A stretch of 64,000 bases of DNA from an uncultured Methylomirabilota bacterium (GCA_963705305.1 OY970067.1:3744001-3808000), one strand, 5' to 3'; shown: positions 29,104 to 40,019, counted from the first letter of the stretch. The notes: generated by a model from the letters alone, not told the origin. Translations and numbers: made by a program.

Positions 29104-30003
29104 GTGAGACGCGCGTCGGACCTTCTGGGGCCGCTGAGGCCGTCATTCCTCCTCCTGCCGCCCGCGTGCGTGGCGGCCGGAGCGGGCTCGGCCTTCTGGC
29201 GCACGGGACGCCTCGATTGGGGGGCGGCCCTCCTGGTGCTTATGGGAGCCCTGTGCGCCCACGCCTCGGTGAATTCGCTCAACGAGTACTCCGATTTCCG
29301 GACGGGCGTCGATTCGCGGACGACCCGCACCCCGTTTTCCGGGGGAAGCGGCACCCTTCAGCGCCGTCCGGAGCTGGCCGGGTACGCCCTCGGGGTCGGA
29401 CTCGCACTGGCGTCGATCACTGCCGTCATCGGCGCATATTTCGCGTGGCTGGTCGGCCCGGGCATCCTCCCCATCGGCCTCGTCGGCCTCGGGGCAGTGC
29501 TCCTGTACACACCGTGGCTCAACCGGAGCCCGGCCCTGTGCCTTATCGCCCCGGGTCTGGGCTTTGGCACCTGCATCGTCATGGGGACGGACTTCGTTCT
29601 AGGTGACGGATACTCGTGGGCCGGCTTCTTCGTCTCCTTGGTCCCGTTCTTCCTGGTGAACAACCTGTTGCTCTTGAACCAGTTCCCGGACGCCGGCGCG
29701 GACCGGGCGGCGGACCGGCGCCACCTTGTCATCGTGTGCGGGTTTCGCACCGGCGCCGTGGTCTATGCCCTGTTCAATGCCGGGGCCTTCCTTTCGCTGG
29801 CCGCCGGCGTCTGCCTGCAGCTTCTTCCATTCCCTGTCCTGATCGGACTGGCCACGATCCCGTTGGCCGCGCTCGCCTCGCACGGTGCGTTTGCGCACGG
29901 GGAAGAGATTCCGAAGCTCGTTCCATCCATGGCGATGAACGTGGTGCTCACGCTCGTCACGCCGTCGCTCGTGGCGATCGGTCTATTCCTGGCACGCGCA
30001 TAG
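29104..30003 (+). CDS. UbiA/MenA-family prenyltransferase
   Basis: NEYSDFRTGVD, TPFSGGSG, NQFPD...D; GTG start after AAGGAG (an ATG at 29089 is also possible). Confidence 0.85.
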   Translation: MRRASDLLGPLRPSFLLLPPACVAAGAGSAFWRTGRLDWGAALLVLMGALCAHASVNSLNEYSDFRTGVDSRTTRTPFSGGSGTLQRRPELAGYALGVGLALASITAVIGAYFAWLVGPGILPIGLVGLGAVLLYTPWLNRSPALCLIAPGLGFGTCIVMGTDFVLGDGYSWAGFFVSLVPFFLVNNLLLLNQFPDAGADRAADRRHLVIVCGFRTGAVVYALFNAGAFLSLAAGVCLQLLPFPVLIGLATIPLAALASHGAFAHGEEIPKLVPSMAMNVVLTLVTPSLVAIGLFLARA

Positions 30004-30054
30004 AGGGGAAAGCTGCTGGAGGCGGCGGGCCGGGTCCGGGAGCGATTTGGCGAG

Positions 30055-31170
30055 TCAGATCTCTCGCTCCGCCTTCGCATGCGAGGGACGGGCGGCGACA
30101 TAGCTGCCCACGACGAGGAGGGCCGCCATCGCCTGGGCAGCCAGGGTCTCGACCGAGGGAAAGACGGAGAACCAGAGCCCCATCCAATCTGGCAGAAACG
30201 AGGCCAGGGATGGGATGGTGGTGGTCGGGATCCAGTGGGCCAGCTGCATCTCCTGGGCCTGCTCGCCCACCATGACCAGGAGGACGCACCCCAGCAGGAT
30301 GCCGGTGAGGACGAGCATCTTCCGGTAGGGCAACCGCCGGTGAGCCAGAAACGTGAGCGCCCCGACAATGGCTGTGAGGAGGAGTCCCAGCAGGGCGCCG
30401 CCCGCGACCAACCTGCCGCCCATCCGCAAGTAATAGCTCTGAAGGAAGAGCACCACCTCGAAGCCTTCCCGGTAGAATGATGCGAACCCCAGCAGCCCCA
30501 GCCCCCAGATGAGGCGCCCCCGGGGAATCTGGGAGGCGGCCGCATCCCGAAGCAGCGCTTGCTTCTTCCGGGTATGGCGGGAAATCCACCCGGCCCAGTA
30601 CACCTTGTGGAAAAACCAGTTCATGACCAGCAAAAGCACCAGGACGGCCAGGAGGCCCGTCGCCGCCTGCAGCGCGAGTGCGGATACCTTCTGCGTCAGG
30701 TCGCCGACGATCCGCACGGCAATGCACCATGTGACTACAGTCGCCAGGAATCCGATGCCTGCGCCGGCCGCGACGGGTCGACGATGCCGGTGGAGACGGC
30801 CGGCCATCCCGGCGGTCACAGCCGCGAGCACCAGGATAGATTCCAGCCCTTCGCGGAACACCAGGACGCCGATGGAGAGGAGGGCCGCTGCCTGGCTCAG
30901 CTGGGGAGCGGTCGGATCGGGACTGCCATGGGCGGTGACGCCCTGCCAAACCAGCACGCCGGCCACAAGGCCTGCGGCGATCAGCAGCAGGCTCTGCAAC
31001 AGCATCCGCATTCCTCGTGGGGTTGAGGGCGGACGGCGGCGGGTGTCGCGGTTCGATTCCGGCGCGCGGTTACGCTCTCCGCCGCGCGGCGCGGACTCTC
31101 GGGTAGCCGGGGCCTCGTCCGCCTCTGCGCCTCGACCCGTAACCGCGCCGGAATGGTCGTGCTCTTTCAT
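30055..31170 (-). CDS. FTR1-family iron permease
   Basis: Two REGxE motifs (FREGLES, YREGFEV) and multiple TM segments. Confidence 0.9.
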   Translation of the reverse strand: MKEHDHSGAVTGRGAEADEAPATRESAPRGGERNRAPESNRDTRRRPPSTPRGMRMLLQSLLLIAAGLVAGVLVWQGVTAHGSPDPTAPQLSQAAALLSIGVLVFREGLESILVLAAVTAGMAGRLHRHRRPVAAGAGIGFLATVVTWCIAVRIVGDLTQKVSALALQAATGLLAVLVLLLVMNWFFHKVYWAGWISRHTRKKQALLRDAAASQIPRGRLIWGLGLLGFASFYREGFEVVLFLQSYYLRMGGRLVAGGALLGLLLTAIVGALTFLAHRRLPYRKMLVLTGILLGCVLLVMVGEQAQEMQLAHWIPTTTIPSLASFLPDWMGLWFSVFPSVETLAAQAMAALLVVGSYVAARPSHAKAEREI

Positions 31171-31192
31171 GGCTGACGCCGAGCCTCCCGGC

Positions 31193-31612
31193 CTACTCAA
31201 GCAGCGTGGCGATGTCCTGGACATGTTCTGTTTCGACGGCAATCTGTTGCCGGATGAAATCTTCCAGGAAGGGGTTGCCGGTCACGCGTGGAAGGAACTC
31301 CGTGTACGCATCCAGCGCCTCTCGCTCGAACTCCAGGGCCTCGGCCAAGGCCTCCTGGAGGCGCAAGGGCCCGCCGGAAAGCGACAGCGTGATGTCCAGG
31401 CGCGGCGTGTCCCCCAAGGCGCGAATCTTCGTGGCGATCGCCTCCGCATGCTCGATGGTCTCCTGGCGCGCCTGTTCGAAAAAGCGCTCGGCAGCGAGAC
31501 GCTCCGCCCCGCGCAGGCGGTAGCGCAGGTGGAAGTAGCGAAGGAAGGCCTCGACCTCCTCGGCTAGGAGGCGGTGCAGCTCGTCCAGCAGATCGACGTT
31601 TCGATGTTCCAT
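31193..31612 (-). CDS. Ferritin-like/bacterioferritin-like protein
   Basis: Di-iron pattern E...ExxH...E...ExxH (ETIEH, ETEH). Confidence 0.8.
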   Translation of the reverse strand: MEHRNVDLLDELHRLLAEEVEAFLRYFHLRYRLRGAERLAAERFFEQARQETIEHAEAIATKIRALGDTPRLDITLSLSGGPLRLQEALAEALEFEREALDAYTEFLPRVTGNPFLEDFIRQQIAVETEHVQDIATLLE

Positions 31613-31624
31613 GGGATTGGGCGC

Positions 31625-32164
31625 TCAAACGCTGGACTGGAACTCGTCCACGAGACACGGGCCGTCTTTGCAGACTTCGCAGCTCTTCCCGTCAGGGCAT
31701 GGAGGGCACGGTCCGCGGAAGCGGTGGAAGCGCGCCAGCAAGTCCTGGGCGAGCGCGTCGTCGGACAGCACGAATTGCACGAATTGCAGCAGGCGCTCGC
31801 TGGTGGGATGGCTGATCAGGTGCTCCACCTTGCAGCTGTCGATCTCCGCCTGCTCGGGCGGGACGCCCAAGACCTCTGCGAGGAAGGCCCGCACGGTCGC
31901 CTTCTTGGCCAGGACCCGCTGGGCAATCGAGAGACCCTCGGGGGAGAGCTTCACCATTCGGTGCGCGTCTGTCACCACGAGCCCCCGCTTCTTGAGGGGC
32001 CGGAGATTGATGGACACGCTGCCTCGGGTGATTCCCAGTTGGCGCGCAATGTCCGAGACCCGTGCCCATCCGCCGTACTCTGCGCCACACGCCAGAATCG
32101 CCAGCAGATGGTGAGCAGCGCTGTGGGTCAGCTCGTTCGCTTCAAATTCTTTCCAGATCTCCAT
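31625..32164 (-). CDS. DtxR/MntR-family metal-dependent regulator with a Cys-rich C-terminus
   Basis: ARVSDIARQLGITRGSVS, DSCKVEHLIS, CPPCPDGKSCEVCKDGPC. Confidence 0.9.
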   Translation of the reverse strand: MEIWKEFEANELTHSAAHHLLAILACGAEYGGWARVSDIARQLGITRGSVSINLRPLKKRGLVVTDAHRMVKLSPEGLSIAQRVLAKKATVRAFLAEVLGVPPEQAEIDSCKVEHLISHPTSERLLQFVQFVLSDDALAQDLLARFHRFRGPCPPCPDGKSCEVCKDGPCLVDEFQSSV

Positions 32165-32541
32165 TGTGTGTATATATATGTCAAGTGTTAGATATGTCAA
32201 TCATAAATTTTAATAGCAAAATATACTCCACAGAAAATTTCCATCCAAGCCTACAGATTTTGCCGTTTAGTTGGCTGGATATGAATAAAATCGCATGCAC
32301 TTCAACCTGATGCAATATAGAGAACGAAAAATGAACTGACGAGACCGCGACCCAAATATCGACAACAGGTCCGCTTGGAATGTTGAGCCTTCGCCTCCCC
32401 TAAGACGCCCCGTGAGATGAGTTGAGATTTAGACCTCTGCGGTTCGGTTTGGCCGACTTCCCGGCCTGTCAGGAGCGTCGTGCAACTCAAGTGAACGCCT
32501 CAGTCAAGCTGTGTGAGTCCTGCCCAGATGACGCGGATTCC

Positions 32542-32742
32542 CTACCCGCTACACAAAGGTGTTGAAGATTCGCTTGTCAATAGGCGCGATTCCTCTGTGG
32601 TTACAGCGCATTCCGTCCTTTTCGGATTGAGCTGACATCGAGGAAGATTTCTTCCCCGACAAGGCGTTCCGATTCGGTCAACCAATTCATGCCGTTACTA
32701 GCGAAACGCCGACCGTTATCAACACCTTTGTGTAACGGCTAG
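32542..32742. mobile_element. 201-bp MITE, copy 2 (9-bp TSD GCGGATTCC)
   Basis: Identical to 21239-21439; direct repeats at 32533-32541 and 32743-32751. Confidence 0.92.
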
Positions 32743-33389
32743 GCGGATTCCAGGAGCGGGGAAGGGTCCTGGCTCCGCCGGGTGAGGCGAGGGCCCAAAG
32801 CGCGGACTGCGTCGATCCCGGGTGCACGCCGAGGGATCGGGATCGCACGCGCATGAACCATGGGGAACGCGTGAACCTCGATGTTCACGGGCCCTCCAGT
32901 GCCTTTGCGCCAAGGCCTCGAATGCCAAGACATTCACGTATTGCGCCGGTCACGCACCCATTGTTTCTTAGGTGATGCTTTGAAGATAAGTCTGTCTCAC
33001 TAGGTTGCAGGAGTGACGTGTTTGTCTCAGAAAATATAAAATTTCGAGAACATTATTTATTGCACTTGACTAACATGTGCCTTGGGAAAGTGAGATCCAG
33101 GCGCAAGTCGCAGCTCAGCGCTCTTGCCCACAACCTGCTGCGGAGCTTTCAGCTCCGAACACTCGCCATCCTGAAAAGATACTCGTGTACACGGACCTAC
33201 ACCGATACTCTCGTCGGCAAGCGGACGCGCTGCGCCCTCCTGATTCCTGGCGCGGGATCCAGAGAGGGCATGGGGAGGCGCCAGGTCCTGCGAATGACTG
33301 CGAGCACGATTATCCGAGCACTTCATGAGCGCGTTGCGCATGCGTGAGCCGCCTGAATCATTCTCAGATTGGGGGTTGCGGGAGGCCAG

Positions 33390-34325
33390 ATGGGCTACAG
33401 TTTCCTGCTGATTCACCTGGCAACGCTGGTTGCCATCTACGGAATCCTCTCCATTTCGCTGAACCTGATCATGGGGGTGACGGGCCTGTTCGACATGGGC
33501 CACGCGGCGTTCTTTGGTATCGGGGCGTATACGACTGCAATACTCATGACCCAGCTGGATGTGCCGTGGATCCCCTCGATCGCCCTGAGCTTTGTGCTGG
33601 CGGGGTTGATTGCCTGGGTGGCTGGAATCCCAACGCTCAAGCTTCGCGGGGACTATTTCGCCGTCGTAACCATGGCGGTGGGCGAGATAGCGCGCTCCGT
33701 GTTCCGCAACTGGATGGACGTCACCCGCGGGCCGCTGGGTATCCCCAACATCCCGCACGCCAGCTTCCTCGGGGTCACCTTCGCGCCCGGGATGCCCTTC
33801 CTCGGCCTGGCGTTTTTCTTTCTGGCGCTGATGCTCTTCGTCTCGCAGCGTCTCATCTTCTCCCCGTTCGGCCGGATTCTAAAGGGCATACGGGACGATG
33901 AAGGCGCCGGGGTCGAAGCGCTCGGAAAGGATTCCTATCGGCATAAGATGCGGGTGTTTGTCATCGGCTCCGGCATGGCGGGCATCGCGGGGTCTCTCTT
34001 CGCGACCTATATCGGATACATCGATCCCAGCACGTTTACGCTCTGGCTGACCAATTTCATTCTTCTCATCATCATCCTGGGGGGGAAGGGCAACGCCATC
34101 GGAGCGGTCGTTGCCACGGCCCTGTTTGTCTTTCTGCGCGAAGGCGTTCGGTTCCTCGGTCTCCCCACGTCGATTGCGGCGCCCCTCCAGCAATGGATAT
34201 TCGGTCTCCTGCTCATTCTGGCAATGCTGTTTGCGCCACGGGGCATCGTCCCGGAGCAGACGGACCGCTGGAGGCCGCTGCCGACGCCGCCGCCGGGATC
34301 CTCTCTCCAGGGGAACGGAAGATGA
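33390..34325 (+). CDS. livM: Branched-chain amino acid ABC permease (LivM-like)
   Basis: GHAAFFGIGAY, LRGDYFAVVT, ILGGKG. Confidence 0.88.
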   Translation: MGYSFLLIHLATLVAIYGILSISLNLIMGVTGLFDMGHAAFFGIGAYTTAILMTQLDVPWIPSIALSFVLAGLIAWVAGIPTLKLRGDYFAVVTMAVGEIARSVFRNWMDVTRGPLGIPNIPHASFLGVTFAPGMPFLGLAFFFLALMLFVSQRLIFSPFGRILKGIRDDEGAGVEALGKDSYRHKMRVFVIGSGMAGIAGSLFATYIGYIDPSTFTLWLTNFILLIIILGGKGNAIGAVVATALFVFLREGVRFLGLPTSIAAPLQQWIFGLLLILAMLFAPRGIVPEQTDRWRPLPTPPPGSSLQGNGR

Positions 34326-35083
34326 GCCTCCTCCGCACCGAGGGATTAACCAAGAGATTCGAGGGGTTGTGTGCGGTTGATCATGTGTCCTTTGAGGTTC
34401 CCAGCGGGATCATTCTGGGGCTGATCGGCCCGAACGGGTCGGGGAAGACCACCCTGTTCAACTTGATCACCGGCTTCTCCGACATTACGGCCGGCCAGGT
34501 GTATCTTGCCGACCGGCCCATCGGCGGTCTGCCTGCTCACACGATTGCTGAGATGGGCGTTGTGCGGACCTTCCAGCTCGTGCGGGTGTTCCAGAGCATG
34601 ACCGTGATGGAGAACATGATGCTGGGGTACAAGGGACATGTGGGGGAGTCCCCGTGGACGGCCGTCCGCCGCGGACACGAGTACGCCCGACAGGATGCGA
34701 CGGCGGTTGCCAAAGCGTACGAGCTGCTCGATGTGGTGGGTCTCAGGCAGGCTGCCAACGAGCGCGCGGAGAACCTCCCGTACGCGGAGCAGAAGATGGT
34801 GGAGATCGCGCGGACGATGATGGGCGATCCCCAGCTCATCATGCTGGACGAGCCCGCCTCGGGAATCGCGCCGGCCCTGGTGAACGAGCTGCTGGATTAC
34901 ATCCGGCTTCTCCGACAGCGGCAGGGCAAGACGATCGTAATCATCGAGCATGACATGCGGGTGATCATGAATTTGTGCGATCGTATCGTTGCGCTGGATC
35001 ATGGGGCGAAGATCTGCGAGGGCTCCCCCCAGGAGGTTTCGAAGGACCCCGGCGTGATCGAAGCGTATTTGGGTGGAGGCTAA
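34322..35083 (+). CDS. livG: ABC ATP-binding protein (LivG-like)
   Basis: GPNGSGKT, RTFQ, LDEP, IEHDM, VIEAYLG. Confidence 0.9.
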   Translation: MSLLRTEGLTKRFEGLCAVDHVSFEVPSGIILGLIGPNGSGKTTLFNLITGFSDITAGQVYLADRPIGGLPAHTIAEMGVVRTFQLVRVFQSMTVMENMMLGYKGHVGESPWTAVRRGHEYARQDATAVAKAYELLDVVGLRQAANERAENLPYAEQKMVEIARTMMGDPQLIMLDEPASGIAPALVNELLDYIRLLRQRQGKTIVIIEHDMRVIMNLCDRIVALDHGAKICEGSPQEVSKDPGVIEAYLGGG

Positions 35084-35086
35084 CCA

Positions 35087-35815
35087 ATGAGTCCGACGCA
35101 GCCGCCCACAAGCATCCTGGACGTGAACGGCTTGGTGGCGGGATACGGAGCGACCACGGTTCTGCACGGCGTGTCCTTCAAGATCGGTGCAGGACAGATC
35201 GTGACGTTGATCGGCGCGAACGGGGCGGGCAAGACCACCACGCTGCGCAGCGTGTTCGGGCTGACCAAGATTCGTAAAGGAAGCGTGGTGCTTCTCGGGA
35301 ACGAGCTGGTCGGGTGTCGGCCGTCCGTCATTGCCCAGCGCGGACTCGGCTTTGTCCCGCAGGAGCGGAGCATCTTCCCGACGTTGAGCGTGCGCGAAAA
35401 CATGGAGATGGGCGGGTACCTGCTGAGGGCGGCGGAGCTCGGCACCCGCATCGAGTATGTCACCAACTTCCTGCCCACCCTGAGAGATCGGATGAACCAG
35501 CAGGCGGGGACGCTGAGCGGCGGCGAGCGGCGCATGCTCGCCATCGGGCGCGCGCTGATCGCCAGGCCGAAATTGCTCATGCTGGACGAGCCGTCCCTCG
35601 GCTTGGCCCCGAAGGTTGTGGACTCGGTGTTTGAGCGGGTGAATGCCATTCATGAAGATGGCGTCGGCATCCTCATCGTGGAGCAGAACGCACGGCGAGC
35701 CCTGGGGATCGCGGACCATGCCTATGTGCTCGAGCTGGGCCAGATCCGGATTGAGGGGGCCGGGCGGGATCTCCTGGACGATCCGGGCGTCCAGAAGGCC
35801 TACCTCGGCGGATGA
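35087..35815 (+). CDS. livF: ABC ATP-binding protein (LivF-like)
   Basis: GANGAGKT, LSGGE, LDEPSLGLAP, VEQN. Confidence 0.92.
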   Translation: MSPTQPPTSILDVNGLVAGYGATTVLHGVSFKIGAGQIVTLIGANGAGKTTTLRSVFGLTKIRKGSVVLLGNELVGCRPSVIAQRGLGFVPQERSIFPTLSVRENMEMGGYLLRAAELGTRIEYVTNFLPTLRDRMNQQAGTLSGGERRMLAIGRALIARPKLLMLDEPSLGLAPKVVDSVFERVNAIHEDGVGILIVEQNARRALGIADHAYVLELGQIRIEGAGRDLLDDPGVQKAYLGG

Positions 35816-35894
35816 GTCGGCGGGAGAGCGACGGAGGGCGGAGCCGTACGAGGCCGCCATTGCCCACACACACACGAGAAGGAGGGAAGACACT

Positions 35895-37013
35895 ATGTAC
35901 AAGAAGCTCGGCATGCTCATGGCCGCCCTGGCGCTTGGAGGGCTGACGCTCGGCGTCCCGCCCTCCTGGGGGGCGGCCCCCGTCAAAATCGGGTTCAGCG
36001 GTCCACTGACCGGGGACGGGGCCTACTACGGGGAGGCGTCGAAAGAGGGGATCGAGCTGGCCGTGGAAGAGATCAACAAGGCCGGCGGGATCAAGGGGGC
36101 GCCGATCCAGGTCATCTACGAGGACGATCGGAACAACACGGCCGACGCCCAGACGGTCCTGCTCAAGCTGGCGCAGATCGACAAGGTCCCGATCATCATC
36201 GGCATCAACACCAGCTCCGTCACCATGGCGACCTGCAAGAAGGCCCAGGAGCTCGGGGTGGTGCAATACTCGATTGGCTCCAACCCGAAAATCGGGCAAT
36301 CGTGCAGCGACTACACCTTCCAGCTCCAGGGCAACGACCTGGAGCAGGGGCTGGAGTTCGCCAAGATCGCCCAGGCGCTCAAGCTCACCAAGGCTGTGGC
36401 GGTGTACATGAACAATGACTACGGCATCGGAAACAAGAACGCCTTCATCGATTCCGCCAAGAAGGCGGGCATCCAGGTCCTGGGAGAGGTGCCGCTCCAG
36501 CCGGAAGGGAAGGACTACCGCACCGAGGTGCTGCGGGTCAAGAGCCTCAACCCCACTGTGGTGGCCTTTGTGGCTTACGGAGCCGAGGGCTCGATTTTCT
36601 TGCGGCAAGCCAAGGAGCTTGGCCTGGAGGCTCAGTTTGTGGGCGATACAAATTGGGGCGACGAATCGATGTGGAAGCTGGCCGGCGACGGTCTGGTGGG
36701 AATGATCGCCCTCCAGGCGGGCGCCCACACCTCGCCTGCGTACCGGAAGTACGCAGCCGCGTTCCGGGCAAAATACAAGAAGGATCCCTCCATCTGGTCC
36801 GAGTATTTCTATGATGAGATCTACCTGGCCGCCAAGGCTATCGGGCTGGGTGGGGACACCGGCGCGGGCATCAAGGAGGCCACCAAAAAGGTCTGCGCGA
36901 ATTTTGTCGGGGCATCGGGTCCCAAGCAGCTGGACGCACACAACTATGTCCGCTGGAGTTTCGACTGGGTGAAATGGACGTCGGACGGGAAGCTCGTCCC
37001 CGTCAGCAAGTAG
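35895..37013 (+). CDS. Branched-chain amino acid ABC substrate-binding protein (LivK/J-like)
   Basis: Signal peptide, KIGFSGPLTG, EINKAGGI, NNDYG. Confidence 0.88.
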   Translation: MYKKLGMLMAALALGGLTLGVPPSWGAAPVKIGFSGPLTGDGAYYGEASKEGIELAVEEINKAGGIKGAPIQVIYEDDRNNTADAQTVLLKLAQIDKVPIIIGINTSSVTMATCKKAQELGVVQYSIGSNPKIGQSCSDYTFQLQGNDLEQGLEFAKIAQALKLTKAVAVYMNNDYGIGNKNAFIDSAKKAGIQVLGEVPLQPEGKDYRTEVLRVKSLNPTVVAFVAYGAEGSIFLRQAKELGLEAQFVGDTNWGDESMWKLAGDGLVGMIALQAGAHTSPAYRKYAAAFRAKYKKDPSIWSEYFYDEIYLAAKAIGLGGDTGAGIKEATKKVCANFVGASGPKQLDAHNYVRWSFDWVKWTSDGKLVPVSK

Positions 37014-37097
37014 AAAGATCTCTGGGGGGCGAGGCCGGCCGGGTCGACCTCGCCCCTTCTGCCCGGCGGGACCGCAACCCAGGGGGGACACCTGCAC

Positions 37098-38000
37098 ATG
37101 CAACTCTCGAGCGATGTGTTGCTGCAACTGCTTTTTAACGGCCTCGTCGCGGGTGCGACCTACGCCGTCGCCGCGGTTGGCTACCACATGGTCTACGGTG
37201 CGCTCAAGTTTGTGAACTTCGCGCATGGCTCCGTGGCGGTGTTCGGCGCCTACATCGCGTGGTCCTTCTCCGTAGGCTTCTTCCACTTGGGTCTGGTGCC
37301 CGCGGCTGTTCTGGCGGTCGTACTGACTGGGCTGCTGGGCATGTTCATCGAGCGGGTGGCATACCTGCCGCTTCGCAACGCGCCCAAGCTGGCCCCCATG
37401 GCGACCGCCATGGCGGTGGCGCTGATGCTGGATGCGACGATCATGATGGTCATCGGCTCCGACATCAAGCGGTTCAATACGCCGGTGGTGCGCGGTATTC
37501 AGTTCGGTCCCATCCTGGTGACGCCGGTGGAGCTGGCGATTCTCGGTATGAGCGTCTTGTTCCTGGTGGCGGTGTGGCTCCTGCTGTCTTTGACACGCTT
37601 GGGGAAAGCCATCCGGGCGGTGGCGGACAATCCGGACTTGGCCCAGGCGTGCGGAATTCACTCGGATTGGGTCATTTCCGCGACATTCGGCATCGGTTCG
37701 GCCCTCGCCGCCGGGGCGGGCGTCCTGATCGGGGTTGACGTGGCACTCCAACCCACCATGGGCTTTGTGATCATGGTGAAATCCTATGCCGCGGTGGTGC
37801 TGGGCGGGATGGGAAATGTGGTGGGGGCGATGATCGGCAGCCTCATCATCGGATTGGCCGAGAATCTGGGCGTGTGGGTTATCCCGCCGGTGTGGAAGGA
37901 CGCGATCGCCTACAGCATCCTCATCATCGGCCTGTTCATCCGGCCAACCGGCCTCTTCGGGAAAAAGGAGGAGATCTCCGCCACGGTGCTCGGCGGGTAG
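37098..38000 (+). CDS. livH: Branched-chain amino acid ABC permease (LivH-like)
   Basis: QLLFNGL, NFAHG, GKAIRAVA, VLGGMG, RPTGLFG. Confidence 0.9.
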   Translation: MQLSSDVLLQLLFNGLVAGATYAVAAVGYHMVYGALKFVNFAHGSVAVFGAYIAWSFSVGFFHLGLVPAAVLAVVLTGLLGMFIERVAYLPLRNAPKLAPMATAMAVALMLDATIMMVIGSDIKRFNTPVVRGIQFGPILVTPVELAILGMSVLFLVAVWLLLSLTRLGKAIRAVADNPDLAQACGIHSDWVISATFGIGSALAAGAGVLIGVDVALQPTMGFVIMVKSYAAVVLGGMGNVVGAMIGSLIIGLAENLGVWVIPPVWKDAIAYSILIIGLFIRPTGLFGKKEEISATVLGG

Positions 38001-38519
38001 GCTGCGGAACTCGGATCGATCCGAGGCGCTCCGCCGCCGGGCAGCTGGCGCGTCGGCCTGGGATCATTCCCGCAGGTGCGCGTGTCCTGTTCCAATGGTT
38101 CGCATCGTCAATCGGCCCTCCCGGGGCCGGCCCGAGAGCCCGGCCTGTGCCCCCTGGCGGCGGGGTCCCCGGCCGGCCGGCCTCCCTCGCGCCTCAGCGC
38201 GGCAACGGGTCGACGCCGTGGCTGTCCGCGACTCGCCACCGGCAGCACCCCCCCGTCCACGGCGCGACGCGCCCGGGTACCCGCCCGCCGGGTGGGTTCG
38301 GGCCGGGCGTCTCCGGGTACCCAGCCGGGTGTCCCCAGGACAGGGTGGGTGTGGTCGCGGGGCACGGCGGGATGGCCGCGGGGGCGGTAATCATCGTGCG
38401 CGATTTTCCGGGACGGGACACGAGGAGGGAGGCCGGGGATTCTCTTCGGACCGGTGGCACGGTGAGGGGGTGATTGGCGCTCTTATCGTGCTGGCGTGAC
38501 CTTGTACGGAGGTGTATAC

Positions 38520-40019
38520 ATGAAGAAACTGGGACTCGAGCGTGCACTTGTGGACCGCGGTATCTACAGCCACGCCGTGGCGCGGTTTCGCGACGCCGGG
38601 ATCGGATTGCCGACGTTCGCGCAGCTCGCGGATCCGTCGCGAATTCCGCCTCAGACGAAGATCACGCTCGCCGGCGTGGACCCCGACGAGCCCCATCCGC
38701 TCAACCTCTTTCGGGTGCATTGGTACAACGGGGCGGATCGTCGGAGGCAGGTTGCAGTCCCCGAGCACGTCGTGCTGCCGAAGGCGCTCACCGGAGTCGA
38801 TGCGCAAATCGTCCTTGCGTTGGGTGACCGCTTCCCCATGATCCGCGCACACAAGGTGCTGGCCGCCTATGGATGCCTCGCCCCGCGGATCATTACGGGC
38901 CAGTTCGATCCGACGGTCCACCGTGCGGTCTGGCCATCCACGGGGAACTATGCCCGGGGCGGCGTCGCGATCAGTCGTATCATGGGGTGTCGCGGGATCG
39001 CCGTCCTGCCGGAGGGCATGAGCCGCGAGCGTTTCGCCTGGCTGGAACGCTGGGTCGCCGATCCGGCGGATATTATCCGGACGCCGGGGACCGAGAGCAA
39101 CGTCAAAGAGATCTATGATAAATGCCGCGAACTGGAATACGATCCAGAGAGCGTTATTTTCAATCAGTTCTGCGAATTTGGAAATTACCTGGTGCACTAC
39201 GCGTGCACCGGGCGGGCGCTGGAGCGCGTGTTCGAGGCGCTACACGCCGCCGACCAGGAGTTGCGTTTGCGAGCGTTTGTATCCGCGTCGGGTTCGGCCG
39301 GAACACTGGGTGCCGGGGATTACCTGAAGGAACAGTGTGGGTCGTTGATCGTGGCGGTGGAATCCCTCGAATGCCCGACGATGCTCTACAACGGTTTCGG
39401 CGAGCACAATATCCAGGGGATCGGCGATAAGCACATCCCGTTCATTCACAACGTTATGAACACCGATGTTGTCGCCGCGATCTCCGACAAGAGTACCGAT
39501 CAGCTCGACGTGCTCTTCAATACGCCGATTGGCCGCGACTACATGCTCCACCGGCGGCACGTGCCGCCCGCTGTTGTGAAGTTGCTGCCGGCGCTCGGTC
39601 TCTCCAGCATCTGCAATGTGCTCGCCGCGATCAAGATTGCGAAGTACTTCGGCATGGGCCCCCAGGATGTGATCATGACCGTTGCGACCGACGGTGCCGC
39701 GATGTACGACACCGAGCGGGACAAGGCCCTGCGGAAGTACTATCCGGCCGGATTCAACGAGGTGGGGGCGGGTGAAACGTTCGGCGAGCACCTGCTCGGC
39801 ACCGCCACCGACCACCTGCTCGAGACCTCGTGGATCGACCGGAACCGCATCTTCAACTTGGGTTACTTTACCTGGGTCGAGCAGCAGGGGGTGTCGATCG
39901 GCGAATTTTCGACGCGGCGAGACCAGGGCTTTTGGAAGGAGTTGCGCAAGATCATTCCGGTCTGGGACGAGATGATCGAGGAGTTCAACGCGCGCACAAA
40001 AGCGGTGGGGGCTCAATGA
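38520..40019 (+). CDS. PLP-dependent enzyme, fold type II (cysteine synthase-like)
   Basis: [26 protein letters not shown]. Confidence 0.85.
   Translation: MKKLGLERALVDRGIYSHAVARFRDAGIGLPTFAQLADPSRIPPQTKITLAGVDPDEPHPLNLFRVHWYNGADRRRQVAVPEHVVLPKALTGVDAQIVLALGDRFPMIRAHKVLAAYGCLAPRIITGQFDPTVHRAVWPSTGNYARGGVAISRIMGCRGIAVLPEGMSRERFAWLERWVADPADIIRTPGTESNVKEIYDKCRELEYDPESVIFNQFCEFGNYLVHYACTGRALERVFEALHAADQELRLRAFVSASGSAGTLGAGDYLKEQCGSLIVAVESLECPTMLYNGFGEHNIQGIGDKHIPFIHNVMNTDVVAAISDKSTDQLDVLFNTPIGRDYMLHRRHVPPAVVKLLPALGLSSICNVLAAIKIAKYFGMGPQDVIMTVATDGAAMYDTERDKALRKYYPAGFNEVGAGETFGEHLLGTATDHLLETSWIDRNRIFNLGYFTWVEQQGVSIGEFSTRRDQGFWKELRKIIPVWDEMIEEFNARTKAVGAQ

Noticed and set aside
21239..32742. Composite transposon bounded by the two MITEs
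   Set aside because: Each copy has its own distinct 9-bp TSD, so they inserted independently.
35673..37751. Long antisense or alternative-frame ORFs (also 3609-5492, 34346-35986, 56897-58453 and others)
   Set aside because: They overlap well-supported genes and have the composition expected of high-GC shadow ORFs.
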